64,000 nucleotides of DNA from an uncultured delta proteobacterium (lineage in GTDB: Bacteria > Desulfobacterota > Binatia > UBA9968). Made by a program: the position numbers and the translations under genes. Below, one piece after another: positions 54,778 through 64,000 of the stretch; the stretch's first letter is position 1, and the number at the start of each line of letters is the position of its first letter. Where the stretch lies: assembly GCA_963755715.1 (NCBI GenBank), contig CAVWLW010000001.1, positions 1 through 64,000 on the forward strand. The letters run 5' to 3'. The notes beneath the pieces are model-generated. The model had not been told where the DNA came from, ran no database searches, and saw nothing but the letters and a program-made list of their open reading frames with translations.

Positions 54778-56088
54778 TTATCCTCCTTGGCCTTGCCTCT
54801 CGACGCCGGCTCGGTCAGTGCTGTGCTCCGAGCGCTCGAGGATTTCTGCGGCAGTTGCGCTAAAGACGGGATGAAAATTGCGATTGGTGCTGAGCGCGAG
54901 AGAAAGAAATTCGGTAGCTTTCGCCTTCGCGTCCAAAGACGAGTAAATCATGCCCGCGTGGAAAAACAGCTTGGCGTCTTTCGTGCCTAACTTGAGCGCT
55001 TCTTCGATAGCGGCGCGCGCTTCGTCGAGTCTGCCGTTCTTGTAAAGATTCCAGGCCAAAAGATCGTAGGCATAAATATCGCGGCGGTAATCCAACTCGC
55101 GCTGCGCCAGCTCCAGCCCGACATTTAATTTCAGGTCGTGATCGGCGTAAAAGTAAGCGAGCTCCCGGTTGTAAAGAACCTTGTTGATCTCGTTCAGCCG
55201 GCCGATGTATTCGACCAGCGCATACTGTTGACGCGCTTGCTCGTCTCGCCCCGTCTTCGCGTAGATGTCGCCCAGCGCCGCGGCATAGTCGGGCATCGGC
55301 AGTATGGCGATGGCCTTTTGATAGAAATCGATCGCTTCATCGTAGCTCTTTTGCGCGGTGCGTAACTGCGCCATGCCGGCTAGAGCCCGATAGTAATTCG
55401 GATACGTTTGCAGCGATTGTCGATAACAACTCTCCGCCTTCAGTAAGTCACCGATGGCGAAATGCTCCATGCCGAGCTGCCACTCCGCCCAGGCGATGCC
55501 CTCGCTCGGCTGTTTTGCTGCTTTCCCAAGGGCGACAGCACGTTCTAAATCCGCAATCGCGCCCGCGCTATCGCCGCGCGTGCTCTTCAGCCCTGCCAAC
55601 CGGCTATACGAGTAGAGACTTTGTTCCAGCTGCACCATGTGATCGTACGCCGCCTCGGCTTCGGCGTACCGACCGACTTCGAGCAGCGCGTCGCCGAGAA
55701 TGCCGTAGGCGTCGCCGTCCTCGGAATTGATCTCCAAGGCTCGGCGTGCCTGAACCGCGGCGGGCGCAAATTCGTGGCGCGAATAAAAAACATAAGCGAG
55801 ATGGCGTAAAGCGCCGGCGTTTTGCGGCGCGATCGCCAAAGCCTTTTGCAATGCTTCCTCGGCGCGGTTGAAATAGCTCGGGTCGCCGGATTCTCTGGCT
55901 TTACGGATCAAAGCGTCGCCGAGCCCGAGTAAGACAGTCGTATTGCGCGGATTGCGCTTGAGCATTTGCTGGTAGTAGCCGATCTGATAATCGGTGCGAG
56001 CTTGCTGCGCCAGTGAAAGCTCCACCGCGACGCTGAAAATACTTAACGCGGTGAGAATCGTCACGATCATGCTTTGTTGGAATTTCAT
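54778..56088 (-). CDS. Exported tetratricopeptide repeat protein
   Basis: Signal peptide, multiple TPR-like helices, AW.LY..G motif. Confidence 0.85.
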   Translation of the reverse strand: MKFQQSMIVTILTALSIFSVAVELSLAQQARTDYQIGYYQQMLKRNPRNTTVLLGLGDALIRKARESGDPSYFNRAEEALQKALAIAPQNAGALRHLAYVFYSRHEFAPAAVQARRALEINSEDGDAYGILGDALLEVGRYAEAEAAYDHMVQLEQSLYSYSRLAGLKSTRGDSAGAIADLERAVALGKAAKQPSEGIAWAEWQLGMEHFAIGDLLKAESCYRQSLQTYPNYYRALAGMAQLRTAQKSYDEAIDFYQKAIAILPMPDYAAALGDIYAKTGRDEQARQQYALVEYIGRLNEINKVLYNRELAYFYADHDLKLNVGLELAQRELDYRRDIYAYDLLAWNLYKNGRLDEARAAIEEALKLGTKDAKLFFHAGMIYSSLDAKAKATEFLSLALSTNRNFHPVFSATAAEILERSEHSTDRAGVERQGQGG

Positions 56089-56110
56089 GTCCGGTCTCCT
56101 TCGCACGCAG

Positions 56111-56144
56111 TCGCCGGAGGAGGACGCTCATCCTCCTCCGGCGA
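56111..56144. terminator. Strong intra-operon hairpin (14-bp perfect stem)
   Basis: TCGCCGGAGGAGGA-6 nt-TCCTCCTCCGGCGA between DUF4331 and TPR; no U-tract, so it may be an mRNA stabiliser. Confidence 0.5.
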
Positions 56145-56152
56145 ACAGCCGG

Positions 56153-57695
56153 TCAATTACAGGGATTGGCGCCCGCTTCACCGCAGTCGATGTGCCGGCG
56201 ATTCCGGCCGTCGTATGGCGTTGGCAAATAGGGAAACACTTTGTAGATTCCGTTGGGCGTCAGATTCGATCCTTGCGCGCCCTGGAGAAAATTGACCCCG
56301 TCACCGACGCGCGCGGCGATATAGTTCGCGCCGCCCACGACTCGAATTGCGATGTCGGTTACGTCGTCGTTGGGACGGCGGCCGTTCGGAAAACCCGCCG
56401 CATCGCCCGCGAGTCCACCGAGCCGCTTTTGATTTTCCGGCTGAGTCGGCGCGACTTTCAAGTTCACGCGCAACAGCTCGGAACAGGGATTGCCGCAGTC
56501 ATTGCCGTTCAGAGCTTGACCCGGATATTTGAGCAGCAGGCCCATGAGATCGGTACGCGGCGTCTGGCGTGACCGGAACGTTGAAGATGAGCGCCAGCGC
56601 CTGGGCGATCGATGGATTTTTGTAGAATTCTTGAAACCGCGCTTCGTCCTCGGGCTCTTGTGAATTCCAAAAGTCCTTCGACGGCGTATCGATGATCAAT
56701 TCGTTAACCAACGGATTGGCCAAGCGCGAGACTTGCGTCCACGGGCCCGCGAGCACTGACGTTCCATCGCCCGCTAGGTGTTTGGTTTTTTGCCTGGCGG
56801 TCGACGCATACATGCCAATCAATGGAGTGTTCGTTTGCTCGGCCGGTTTGCCGTCCCGCGTAATTCTTGCGATCGGCACCTCGATGACGATGCTGTTCAC
56901 GTTGGTACCGCTGAACCGGTTAACACCGAATGGATTCACCGAGTCATTGGCGTCTTCTGCCTCCGTCAGCAGCGGCAGAAAGCGACGCAGATTTACCGTG
57001 TCGAACACCGCGCCGAGATCGATGTAAAAAGTTTCCGCCCGCTGACCGGCGAAAACCTTGATGCCGGTCGATGCATCGGCGTAAATCCCCTGGGCGGCGA
57101 GATCCTCATAATTCGGCATCGTCGCCGGTCCGGCGTTGGACGGCACAGCGATCAGCCTTTGGCCCTTGAACAGCTCGGTCCGCTTGTGGCCTCTGACTTC
57201 GGTGACCGTATAGGTCTGACGACGGCTGAGGCCTTCCGATCCCGCGCCGTCGAGCTTGATGATCCCTTGGACCTCGGGAACCGGAATATGAGGATTACCG
57301 ACATAGGGCAGCGGAAAAAGCAGTGAGCCTAGGATGGGGCGGGTTTCGGTCTTGAATCTGAACTCGTAGACGATATCTTCCGCCTTGCCGTCTTGGTTGT
57401 TGTCGATATTGAAGCTGTAGAGCACTTCGTCATCGAAGTTAAAATAGTTCGGCCCGTCGGCGGGATCCTGGCCGGGGATGACGTTCATAACGAACACCGC
57501 TTTGCTCGGATCTTGCCAACTGCGAAACGCGTAAGTGTCGGTGTTATCTGCCGCCGGATCGAGCGCGATCAGCGGCGCTTCTCGATGGCTGGCCGCGCGC
57601 GCGAGCGGCGCTGTCGTCGCCGTGATCATAAGCGCAGCCAGAGACACTGCCGTAAACTGATAAAAGACATGGCTCGACAAATTTTTCATGGTCAT
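56153..57695 (-). CDS. DUF4331 family exported protein (frameshift ~56565)
   Basis: ASHREAP, DNTD.YAF, FAGQR...F.IDL, QVSRL.NPLVNE, GFPNGRR..DDV.DI. Confidence 0.9.
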
Positions 57696-57791
57696 TTTCC
57701 TTTCTTGATTTTGATGGGAACGTCGCTTTCAGCTCAAACCCAACCAGGTCATTGTTGCTCTGGCCGGGTTTTTGAGTTTGCAATTATTCGG

Positions 57792-58442
57792 TTATCGGTT
57801 CGCAAAACGCTCGGGAAATTGTTTCACGATGGCGGCGGCCAGAGGGTCGGCGATCATTCCCATGTGGCCGGCTGCGCTGCGAATCGCCATGAAAGTTTTG
57901 TTCATATCGCCCGTCGCCTGCGCGTCGATGACATCTTTCAACGTCAGGACATGATCTTTCACCAGATTGGCGACCACGTCCTTGGGCAAATTAGGATTTG
58001 CCGAGGCGAGGAAGGCGCCGAAGTCTTGTGTATATTGGACGAGATCGGTGACGGCTTTATTTTTCTTGGCGTCGTCCTTGGTTGCGACGCCGACGGTATA
58101 ATCGACAACGAAGCCGATATGCTTGCGCCATAAGGGAAGAAAGGCCTGCTCGGCGCCAGCGCCATAAACCGCGCCGATAGCTTTGGCAATATCGATGGAG
58201 TTGGCGTCGAGGGCACCGGCGGCGGCTTTGAATTCGCCGTCGCGGCCGGCCAGCGCGGCGCCCGTAGCCGCGGCCGCCAGGAAAACATGCTCGCGAAACA
58301 ATGAATTGAGACCCGTTCTTAAATCCGAGCTCATCGCGCCATGGTGGCTCATCTCGGCCGCGACTGCGCTCGCCGTGTGGCCGGCGCCGAGTAACGCGAC
58401 CATCACGGCCGCGCCGACAAAGTTTTTGCATGCGATCTTCAT
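57792..58442 (-). CDS. Exported helical protein with spaced His residues (putative metal-binding)
   Basis: Signal peptide; EH, LW..HI, DHV and AGHM motifs. Confidence 0.65.
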   Translation of the reverse strand: MKIACKNFVGAAVMVALLGAGHTASAVAAEMSHHGAMSSDLRTGLNSLFREHVFLAAAATGAALAGRDGEFKAAAGALDANSIDIAKAIGAVYGAGAEQAFLPLWRKHIGFVVDYTVGVATKDDAKKNKAVTDLVQYTQDFGAFLASANPNLPKDVVANLVKDHVLTLKDVIDAQATGDMNKTFMAIRSAAGHMGMIADPLAAAIVKQFPERFANR

Positions 58443-58496
58443 TTTCAGTTCTCTCCTTTTTTGTTTGTATTGCGTAGGTCAGAATTGCCGACAATT

Positions 58497-58907
58497 TTAT
58501 TGGACGTGGATTTGTCCGCGCATGGATGGGTGGCGGTCGCAGAAATACTCGTAAACACCCGGACGATCGAAGGTGTAACTGGCTGTGGCACCCTTGGCGG
58601 GAAAATTGAGACTTACATTTTCCAGTCTTTCCGGTGTGCCCAAAGTGACGGTGTGCCGGATGTCGTCCTGATTTACCCACGTCACCGTCGTGCCGGCTTT
58701 GATCTCCAATTGGCCCGGCTGATATTGGAAGAGTTGAATCGTTACCGCGGCTGGCGGCTGGGAACGTGGGCCCACGCTTTCGCCGCTCGCCACAACAGCG
58801 CTCTGTTTCTGAGGAATGTCGTCACAGTCCTCATGTGCATGCAGCGGCGAACTCCCGGCCAAGACGCTCGCGGTCAAGACTGCTGCGCTCCGCCAATGCC
58901 CTTTCAT
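58497..58907 (-). CDS. Cupredoxin (plastocyanin/amicyanin-like blue copper protein)
   Basis: G.TVTW.N.D...HTV and YFCDRHPSMRG type-1 Cu ligands. Confidence 0.88.
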   Translation of the reverse strand: MKGHWRSAAVLTASVLAGSSPLHAHEDCDDIPQKQSAVVASGESVGPRSQPPAAVTIQLFQYQPGQLEIKAGTTVTWVNQDDIRHTVTLGTPERLENVSLNFPAKGATASYTFDRPGVYEYFCDRHPSMRGQIHVQ

Positions 58908-58966
58908 CGCGTCTCCTCCTTGTCTGTCGTTGTCAGCTAAACCGACTTTGGCTTTCTGTGTCGGTC

Positions 58967-58992
58967 TACGAACGAGCAGCAAGCTTTGGATT
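58967..58992 (-). promoter_or_regulatory. ECF sigma-type promoter AATCCAAA-N14-CGTA facing the cupredoxin/DUF4331 operon
   Basis: Same elements and spacing as the divergent copy at 59041. Confidence 0.72.
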
Positions 58993-59040
58993 GCTCAAAT
59001 CTTCGATTTCTTTTGCCGCAAAAAATTCTTTGCAGCGCTA

Positions 59041-59066
59041 AATCCAAACCGGTGGGTTCGAACGTA
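59041..59066 (+). promoter_or_regulatory. ECF sigma-type promoter AATCCAAA-N14-CGTA facing the anti-sigma/sigma operon
   Basis: Autoregulatory position; matches the minus-strand copy. Confidence 0.72.
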
Positions 59067-59141
59067 AAGAGTATTAGGTGTTGTTTGCGCCGCGAAATTG
59101 ACTCGGGCTAGAATGGCTCGGTTCAATCGAGCAGGTGACTT

Positions 59142-59700
59142 ATGGATCACGAAAATTGGTTGGAATTGGCAGATGTCTACGCTGCGGAGGCCTTGGACGG
59201 GGAAGACCTGAGCGAGTTCAACGCGCACCTGGCCGCGGGCTGCCCGCTCTGCCAAGCGCGTATTCGCGAGACTCACGAAGCCCTGGCTGGTATTTCAGTT
59301 TCCTTGGAACCCATCTCTCCCGCTCCTGCGCTCAAAGAAAAAATCTTAGAACGAATCGATGCAGAACAGCCGGGCCTGGTGTTCATTCGCGCCAATGAAG
59401 GTTCGTGGATCGAGGCCGAGCCGGGCATCTTCGCAAAGATCTTGAACATGGACGCCGAGCGCGGGCGTGATCACCGCGCTGGTGCGTCTGGCGCCGGGCT
59501 CGCGCTACGCCGCTCATCGGCACCTTGGTACTGAAGAAGTTTTGGTCTTAGAGGGAAGTTGCTATTGCGGCGGCCGCCTGCTGCGCAAAGGCGACTATCA
59601 TCGCGCCGAGGTCGGCAGCGTTCATGTCGATATGCGCAGCGACGAAGGTTCGCTGATGTTGATTAGCGCGCCACTGCAAAGCGACATGCTTCCCACGTGA
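59142..59700 (+). CDS. Zinc-finger anti-sigma domain plus ChrR-like cupin (frameshift ~59468)
   Basis: HLAAGCPLC; LVRLAPG..Y..H.H.G.EE..VLEG. Confidence 0.8.
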
Positions 59701-59746
59701 TTCCAGGGATGGAGTAAACGTTGATGCTGCTCAAGACGACAGATCG

Positions 59747-60313
59747 GTGATGCCTGTGGAGCCGTTGGTCGATCCTGTGAGTTTAATCCAGCGAATCGCG
59801 GCGCAAAATCGCGACGCCTTCAGCCAGTTCTACGATCGCTACTCTCCGATAGTTTATTCCCTGGCGCTGCGCATGCTGAGAGCGCAATCCGATGCCGAAG
59901 ATTTGCTCCAAGAAATTTTTCTTCAAGTGTGGCGCCAAGCCACGGTCTATAGCGCCGAGCGCGGCAGCCCGGAAGCCTGGCTGATCAACATCGCGCGCAG
60001 CCGCGCCATCGATAAGCTCCGTTCCATACGTAGAAGAGAAAGGAGTTTTGTCTTGACCGACGATCCGGCCGCGGCGGAGTCGCCGGATAACGTAGAGACC
60101 TCAGCCGGAGAATCGGAATCTAAGTTGGTCATGAATAGCGCTTTGGCGAATTTGCCGGAAGCCCAGCGGCGCGTGCTCGAGCTCGCTTACTTTGATGGCT
60201 TGAGCCAAAGCGAGATCGCCGCGCGCCTCGCGGAACCGCTCGGCACCGTGAAAACGCGAATGCGCTCGGGTATTCAGCGCCTGAGAGGAATGCTTGGAAC
60301 ACAGGCCGCATGA
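59747..60313 (+). CDS. ECF RNA polymerase sigma factor (SigK-like)
   Basis: AEDLLQE.FLQVW, IARSRAIDKLR, LAYFDGLSQSEIA...PLGTVKTR. Confidence 0.92.
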   Translation: MMPVEPLVDPVSLIQRIAAQNRDAFSQFYDRYSPIVYSLALRMLRAQSDAEDLLQEIFLQVWRQATVYSAERGSPEAWLINIARSRAIDKLRSIRRRERSFVLTDDPAAAESPDNVETSAGESESKLVMNSALANLPEAQRRVLELAYFDGLSQSEIAARLAEPLGTVKTRMRSGIQRLRGMLGTQAA

Positions 60314-61041
60314 TGTCTACGGAGCACGCACATTGGCTGGAGCGCGGCGACATCTATGCTCTCGGTGCGCTGGACGGTGAGGAGCTGAAAGACTTCCAAG
60401 CGCATCTCGCGATGGACTGCGCGATGTGCGCTGCGTACCTCCGTGAAACCCGCGAGACTTTGAATCTGCTGCACCGCTCCCTTCGTCCGATCACGCCGCG
60501 ACCCGAGCTCAAAGCGCGACTTCTTGAGAAGGTCCGCAGTGAAAAAGTTGTTCCCATCGCGGCACTGCAGCCAAAAGCGTCGCAGTGCTGGCAGCGAATC
60601 ACGGGAATGATCGCCGCTGGAATTATTGCTGTCGTTCTGGTCGGCGCGTTTTACCAATATCGCAATCGCGCGGTGATCAATACCGCGGTCGTCAATTTAT
60701 TGCGCGATCCGTCGACCCGCGATCTGCCGCTCTACGGTGCCGGGGCCAATGCCGCAAGCCAAGGGCGATTTCTCTGGAACGATTCCGGCGAGGGTCATAT
60801 CTTCGTCGCCAATTTACCGTCGGCGCCGCGAGGAAAAACCTACGCGGTGTGGACGATTGCGCGCAACTCCGCCCCGCGCTACGTCGGCGCACTCAACACC
60901 GACGCGAACGGACAAGGCGGTGTGCACATCAAATCAACTGCCAGCGCAGCGCCCATTGAAACCTTTGCCGTCACATTGGAAAACGCAGGCACGACCACCG
61001 CTCCTGCCGGGCCGATGGTGCTGGTATCAAAACAATCCTAA
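60310..61041 (+). CDS. Anti-sigma factor, RskA family
   Basis: YALGALD, HLAMDCAMC, single TM helix, Y.VW and FAVTLE..G...P.GP. Confidence 0.88.
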   Translation: MMSTEHAHWLERGDIYALGALDGEELKDFQAHLAMDCAMCAAYLRETRETLNLLHRSLRPITPRPELKARLLEKVRSEKVVPIAALQPKASQCWQRITGMIAAGIIAVVLVGAFYQYRNRAVINTAVVNLLRDPSTRDLPLYGAGANAASQGRFLWNDSGEGHIFVANLPSAPRGKTYAVWTIARNSAPRYVGALNTDANGQGGVHIKSTASAAPIETFAVTLENAGTTTAPAGPMVLVSKQS

Positions 61042-61049
61042 GAACCCAA

Positions 61050-61098
61050 GGGCGACCGCCGGTCACCCCTACACGGGCGCAGCATGCTGCGCCCCTAC
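61050..61098 (-). repeat. Tandem GTAG-type REP elements
   Basis: Reverse strand reads GTAGGGGCGCAGCATGCTGCGCCC and GTAGGGGTGACCGGCGGTCGCCC. Confidence 0.7.
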
Positions 61099-61572
61099 AT
61101 TTTTTGTGTTCTTTGCGTTCTTTGTGGCCATTTTCTTGTCTTTTTCAGAATCATTTTCCGGTGTGGAATGCCGGCTTCGTCGAAAACCGCACCGACGCAG
61201 CGAAATCCCAGCTTCTCATAGAACTCGATCACCGGCACTTGCGCGTGCAAATAGATTGATCGCGCGCCCAGCTTCTTTGCCGTCGCAATCGCCCGCCGGA
61301 GCAATTTTTTCCCCACGCCTTTACCACGATAACTTTTGAGCACCGCCATGCGGCCGATTTTGGCGCTACCGTGATGCGACACGACTCTCGCGGTCCCAAC
61401 GGCTTTTCCCTCGGAAGTTGCCAGAAAATGAATCGCGCGGTCATCGTCGCGATCGAGCTCGATTGCAGCGGGCACGCGCTTGTTCGCGCACAAATACACG
61501 CATGCGGATCGCGAAGGCTTGTGCCTTTGCTTCGTCCGAAGAAATCTGTTTTATCTGAATGACTGTTTTCAC
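61095..61572 (-). CDS. GNAT acetyltransferase, ElaA/YjcF-like (frameshift ~61480-61500)
   Basis: KIGRMAVL..YRG.G.G, LHAQ...FYEKLGF, EAGIPH. Confidence 0.85.
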
Positions 61573-61631
61573 GGCTACTCTCTACATAATTTTCTTTGCG
61601 CCAACGACTGAAGCATAAAGGATTGACACTA

Positions 61632-62676
61632 ATGAGCGAGAAAACCAACGGTAAGTCGCCACACTTGACCTTTGGCGTCCGGGTTCCCAACTCCGGGCCG
61701 CTGGCGACGGTCGAATCAATGGTCGAAGTCGCTCAGGAAGCGGAGTCTCTCGGTTTCGATTCGGTTTGGGTTCACGATCATCTTACTTGGTCGGACGAAA
61801 TCCATCGCACGCACATTTCATCGGGAGCCGACCATTCGCACCAGAGCAACGAGAGTCCGGACTTTTACGAAGCGATGACTTCACTGCTCGTATCTCGCCG
61901 GACTGGTTCATTCGGTGCGCCTCGGCATCGCTTGCGTTGTGGTCCCCTGTCGCAATCCGCTGCTCGCCGCCAAGCAGATCGCCACCCTCGACGTGCTCTG
62001 CAAAGGCCGACTGGATATCGGCGTCGGCATCGGCTCGCCGTCGACGATCAAGTCGCGTGAATATGAAGTGCTCGGCGTCAATCGCAAACAGCGCGGCAAA
62101 ATCGCCGACGATCACCTGCGCGCGATGAAACGGATTTGGACCACACATCCGTCCAGCTACGAAGGATCGTTTGTGAGTTTTAAAGACGCCGAGATTTGTC
62201 CAAAGCCATTGCAGAAGCCTCATCCGCCACTGTGGGTCGGCGGCTGGACCGAGGCCGCCATGAAACGAGCCGCCGCGCTTGGCGACGGCTGGCTGCCGGC
62301 GTGGCTGCTGCCGGAAGACATTGGCAAGCGCTTTCGCGAGCTCAAGGAAATGGCCGAGCGCCACGGCCGCGATCCGGAAAAAATCCATCTCGGCATCGAA
62401 GTCTACGGCTGCATCGACGAGGATCCGGCCAAAGCGCGGCGCGAGGGCTTCGGCACCCTGGCGATCGGCCAAAGCACCTTCGAGAGATTCATGAGTGTCG
62501 AACAGTTGGCGGAAGTGAGTTTGATCGGCTCACCGGAAGAAATCCGCCGCCGGGTCAAAGCCTACAGCGACGCCGGCGTGTCGCACTTCGAGATCAAGTT
62601 CATCTACCCCAGCCTCGAGCGTCATTCACAAATGCTGCAGCTCTTCGCCCGCGAAGTCTTGGCGGCTTTCAGCTAA
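61632..62676 (+). CDS. LLM-class flavin/F420-dependent oxidoreductase (frameshift ~61885)
   Basis: AESLGFDSVWVHDH, RNPLLAAKQIATLD.L..GRL, PKP.QKPHPPLWVGG. Confidence 0.88.
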
Positions 62677-62847
62677 TTTGGTGTCTCTGAAGTTGGCTGA
62701 ACATTCCGCGTCGTGCCGCCCTGTCGTTCCTCCCTTTAGCAAAGGGAGGTTAGGAGGGATTTTTCAAAGTGGGAACACCGGCCAATGTCGGCGTCAGGAT
62801 TCTTAGACGAACTTGACGAGTGCCTCGCCAAAATCACGCAGCGCCGC

Positions 62848-63558
62848 TTATTTGAACTCGCTCAAGAGCCGGCCATAGCCGGGAATGGGATCGCGCATAT
62901 CCATCAGCCGTAGCGCTTCCCACACCCACGCTTGGGTGTTGGTCACCACCGGCTTGCCGTGATCTTTTTCAATACGCTCGATGACCGAGACCGTGCGCCA
63001 CTTGTTGCACGGCAGGTAGATGCCATCCACGTCGGGATGTTCACGCAGCAGCGCGGCCGCCAGCTCATACCCGGTTTCTGGCGCCAACTCCCAAATCACA
63101 TCGGCGTTTGGACAGCCGAGACCGCGAAACGCAACAACGTCGATGCCGTAGTGCGCGAGAAATTTCACCAAGCGCTCATCCTGATCTTCGGGAAACGGCG
63201 ATGCCATCACGATGCGTTTAAGACCAAGGGCCCGGCAGCCGCGCACGACTGCCGTCAGAACTGTGGAAGCCGGCGTCGGCGTGAGGGTCTTGACCAGATC
63301 AAGAATTTCTAAGTCCGATCCGGGCCCTTTGTACGAAAGAAACAACTCTCCTGTGATCATCAGAAAGTCCAACGGCGAGCGCACCAGATCGCGCACAAGA
63401 TCCGCGAACGCCAGCTCGGCCCGATGAAATTCATCGTCCGTATATTTCCCGACTTTCAAAGTCCGTCCTTCGATGCGAATCCCCGCAGGAAAAACCTTGT
63501 ACACATCTTCCAACGTATCCTCGCTCAGATTGGGCGAAATGAGTCCGATTAATTTCAT
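62848..63558 (-). CDS. Maleate isomerase/arylmalonate decarboxylase (Asp/Glu racemase superfamily)
   Basis: ALG..RI...SPF, DGIYLPCN, IE...GKPVVTNTQA..W..LR. Confidence 0.8.
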   Translation of the reverse strand: MKLIGLISPNLSEDTLEDVYKVFPAGIRIEGRTLKVGKYTDDEFHRAELAFADLVRDLVRSPLDFLMITGELFLSYKGPGSDLEILDLVKTLTPTPASTVLTAVVRGCRALGLKRIVMASPFPEDQDERLVKFLAHYGIDVVAFRGLGCPNADVIWELAPETGYELAAALLREHPDVDGIYLPCNKWRTVSVIERIEKDHGKPVVTNTQAWVWEALRLMDMRDPIPGYGRLLSEFK

Positions 63559-63635
63559 CCTATTTCTCTCCCTTTTATTTGTTTGACCTCTGCGGCTAGT
63601 CTCGACTAGCTTTAGGCGAATCCAGGAACCGGTCA

Positions 63636-64000
63636 ATGGGCACAACGTTAGGCGCTCGCGTCACGATGGTCTTCTCGTTCGTTGTGGCGGCTATTTTTTT
63701 TCCCGTCCGAGCATCAAGCCAAGAGCGGCTCAAAGTGATCTACAGCCAATTCACCATGACAAACTCGGCGACCTGGTTCGCCCGCGAGGCCGGTCTCTTC
63801 GAGCGCCATGGCCTGATGGCCGATTTAGTTTATGTCGATTCTACCCCGGCCGTGCAAGCGCTCACTGCTGGAGCGGCGCCGGTCGCCACGATGTCCGGCG
63901 GCCTGGCCGTCGGTCCCTATTTGAACGGCTTGGACTTGGTGATGCTCGCCGGCTGGTGCAATTTAAATTCATACCAGCTCATCACGCGTCCCGAGATTCG
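63636..64000 (+). CDS. ABC transporter substrate-binding protein, NMT1/THI5-like (3'-truncated by window)
   Basis: Translated manually: signal peptide then W.AREAGLFERHGL..DLV, VQAL.AG. Confidence 0.7.
   Translation, partial: MGTTLGARVTMVFSFVVAAIFFPVRASSQERLKVIYSQFTMTNSATWFAREAGLFERHGLMADLVYVDSTPAVQALTAGAAPVATMSGGLAVGPYLNGLDLVMLAGWCNLNSYQLITRPEI

Noticed and set aside
62726-62765. CCTCCCTTTAGCAAAGGGAGG hairpin as an ncRNA
   Set aside because: Single short palindrome between convergent genes; more likely a REP-like repeat or terminator, with no evidence for an RNA gene.

Overview
GC-rich bacterial window. The gene content and intergenic repeats suggest a deltaproteobacterial/Binatia-like genome, which is an inference. 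More than 20 genes carry single-base frameshifts, most probably uncorrected long-read errors. 1-24.5 kb is an anaerobic respiration region: nrfHA (CXXCH-type NrfA), a selenocysteine formate dehydrogenase with a SECIS hairpin and a HybA/HybB-like plus diheme cytochrome c module, and a Wolinella-type frdC-frdA-fumC-frdB-DASS-aspA operon. A ~6.5 kb Dyp-peroxidase cassette sits between two copies of the nrfA 3' end. 24.8-47 kb is a mosaic of transport, polyphosphate and lipoprotein genes with several gene relics. 51-61 kb holds an ECF sigma factor flanked by two anti-sigma factors. It is divergent from an operon of mostly exported proteins (cupredoxin, His-motif helical protein, DUF4331, TPR, Ni/Co transporter, truncated globin), and two matching back-to-back ECF-type promoters lie between them. 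The strongest non-coding signal is an 18-bp palindrome, ATTGGACCAAGGTCCAAT, found four times. Each copy lies ~100-155 bp upstream of an operon and at near-constant spacing to a TGnTA -10-like element, suggesting an undescribed DosR/NarL-like low-oxygen regulon. I found no rRNA, tRNA, CRISPR array, integrase or intact transposase.
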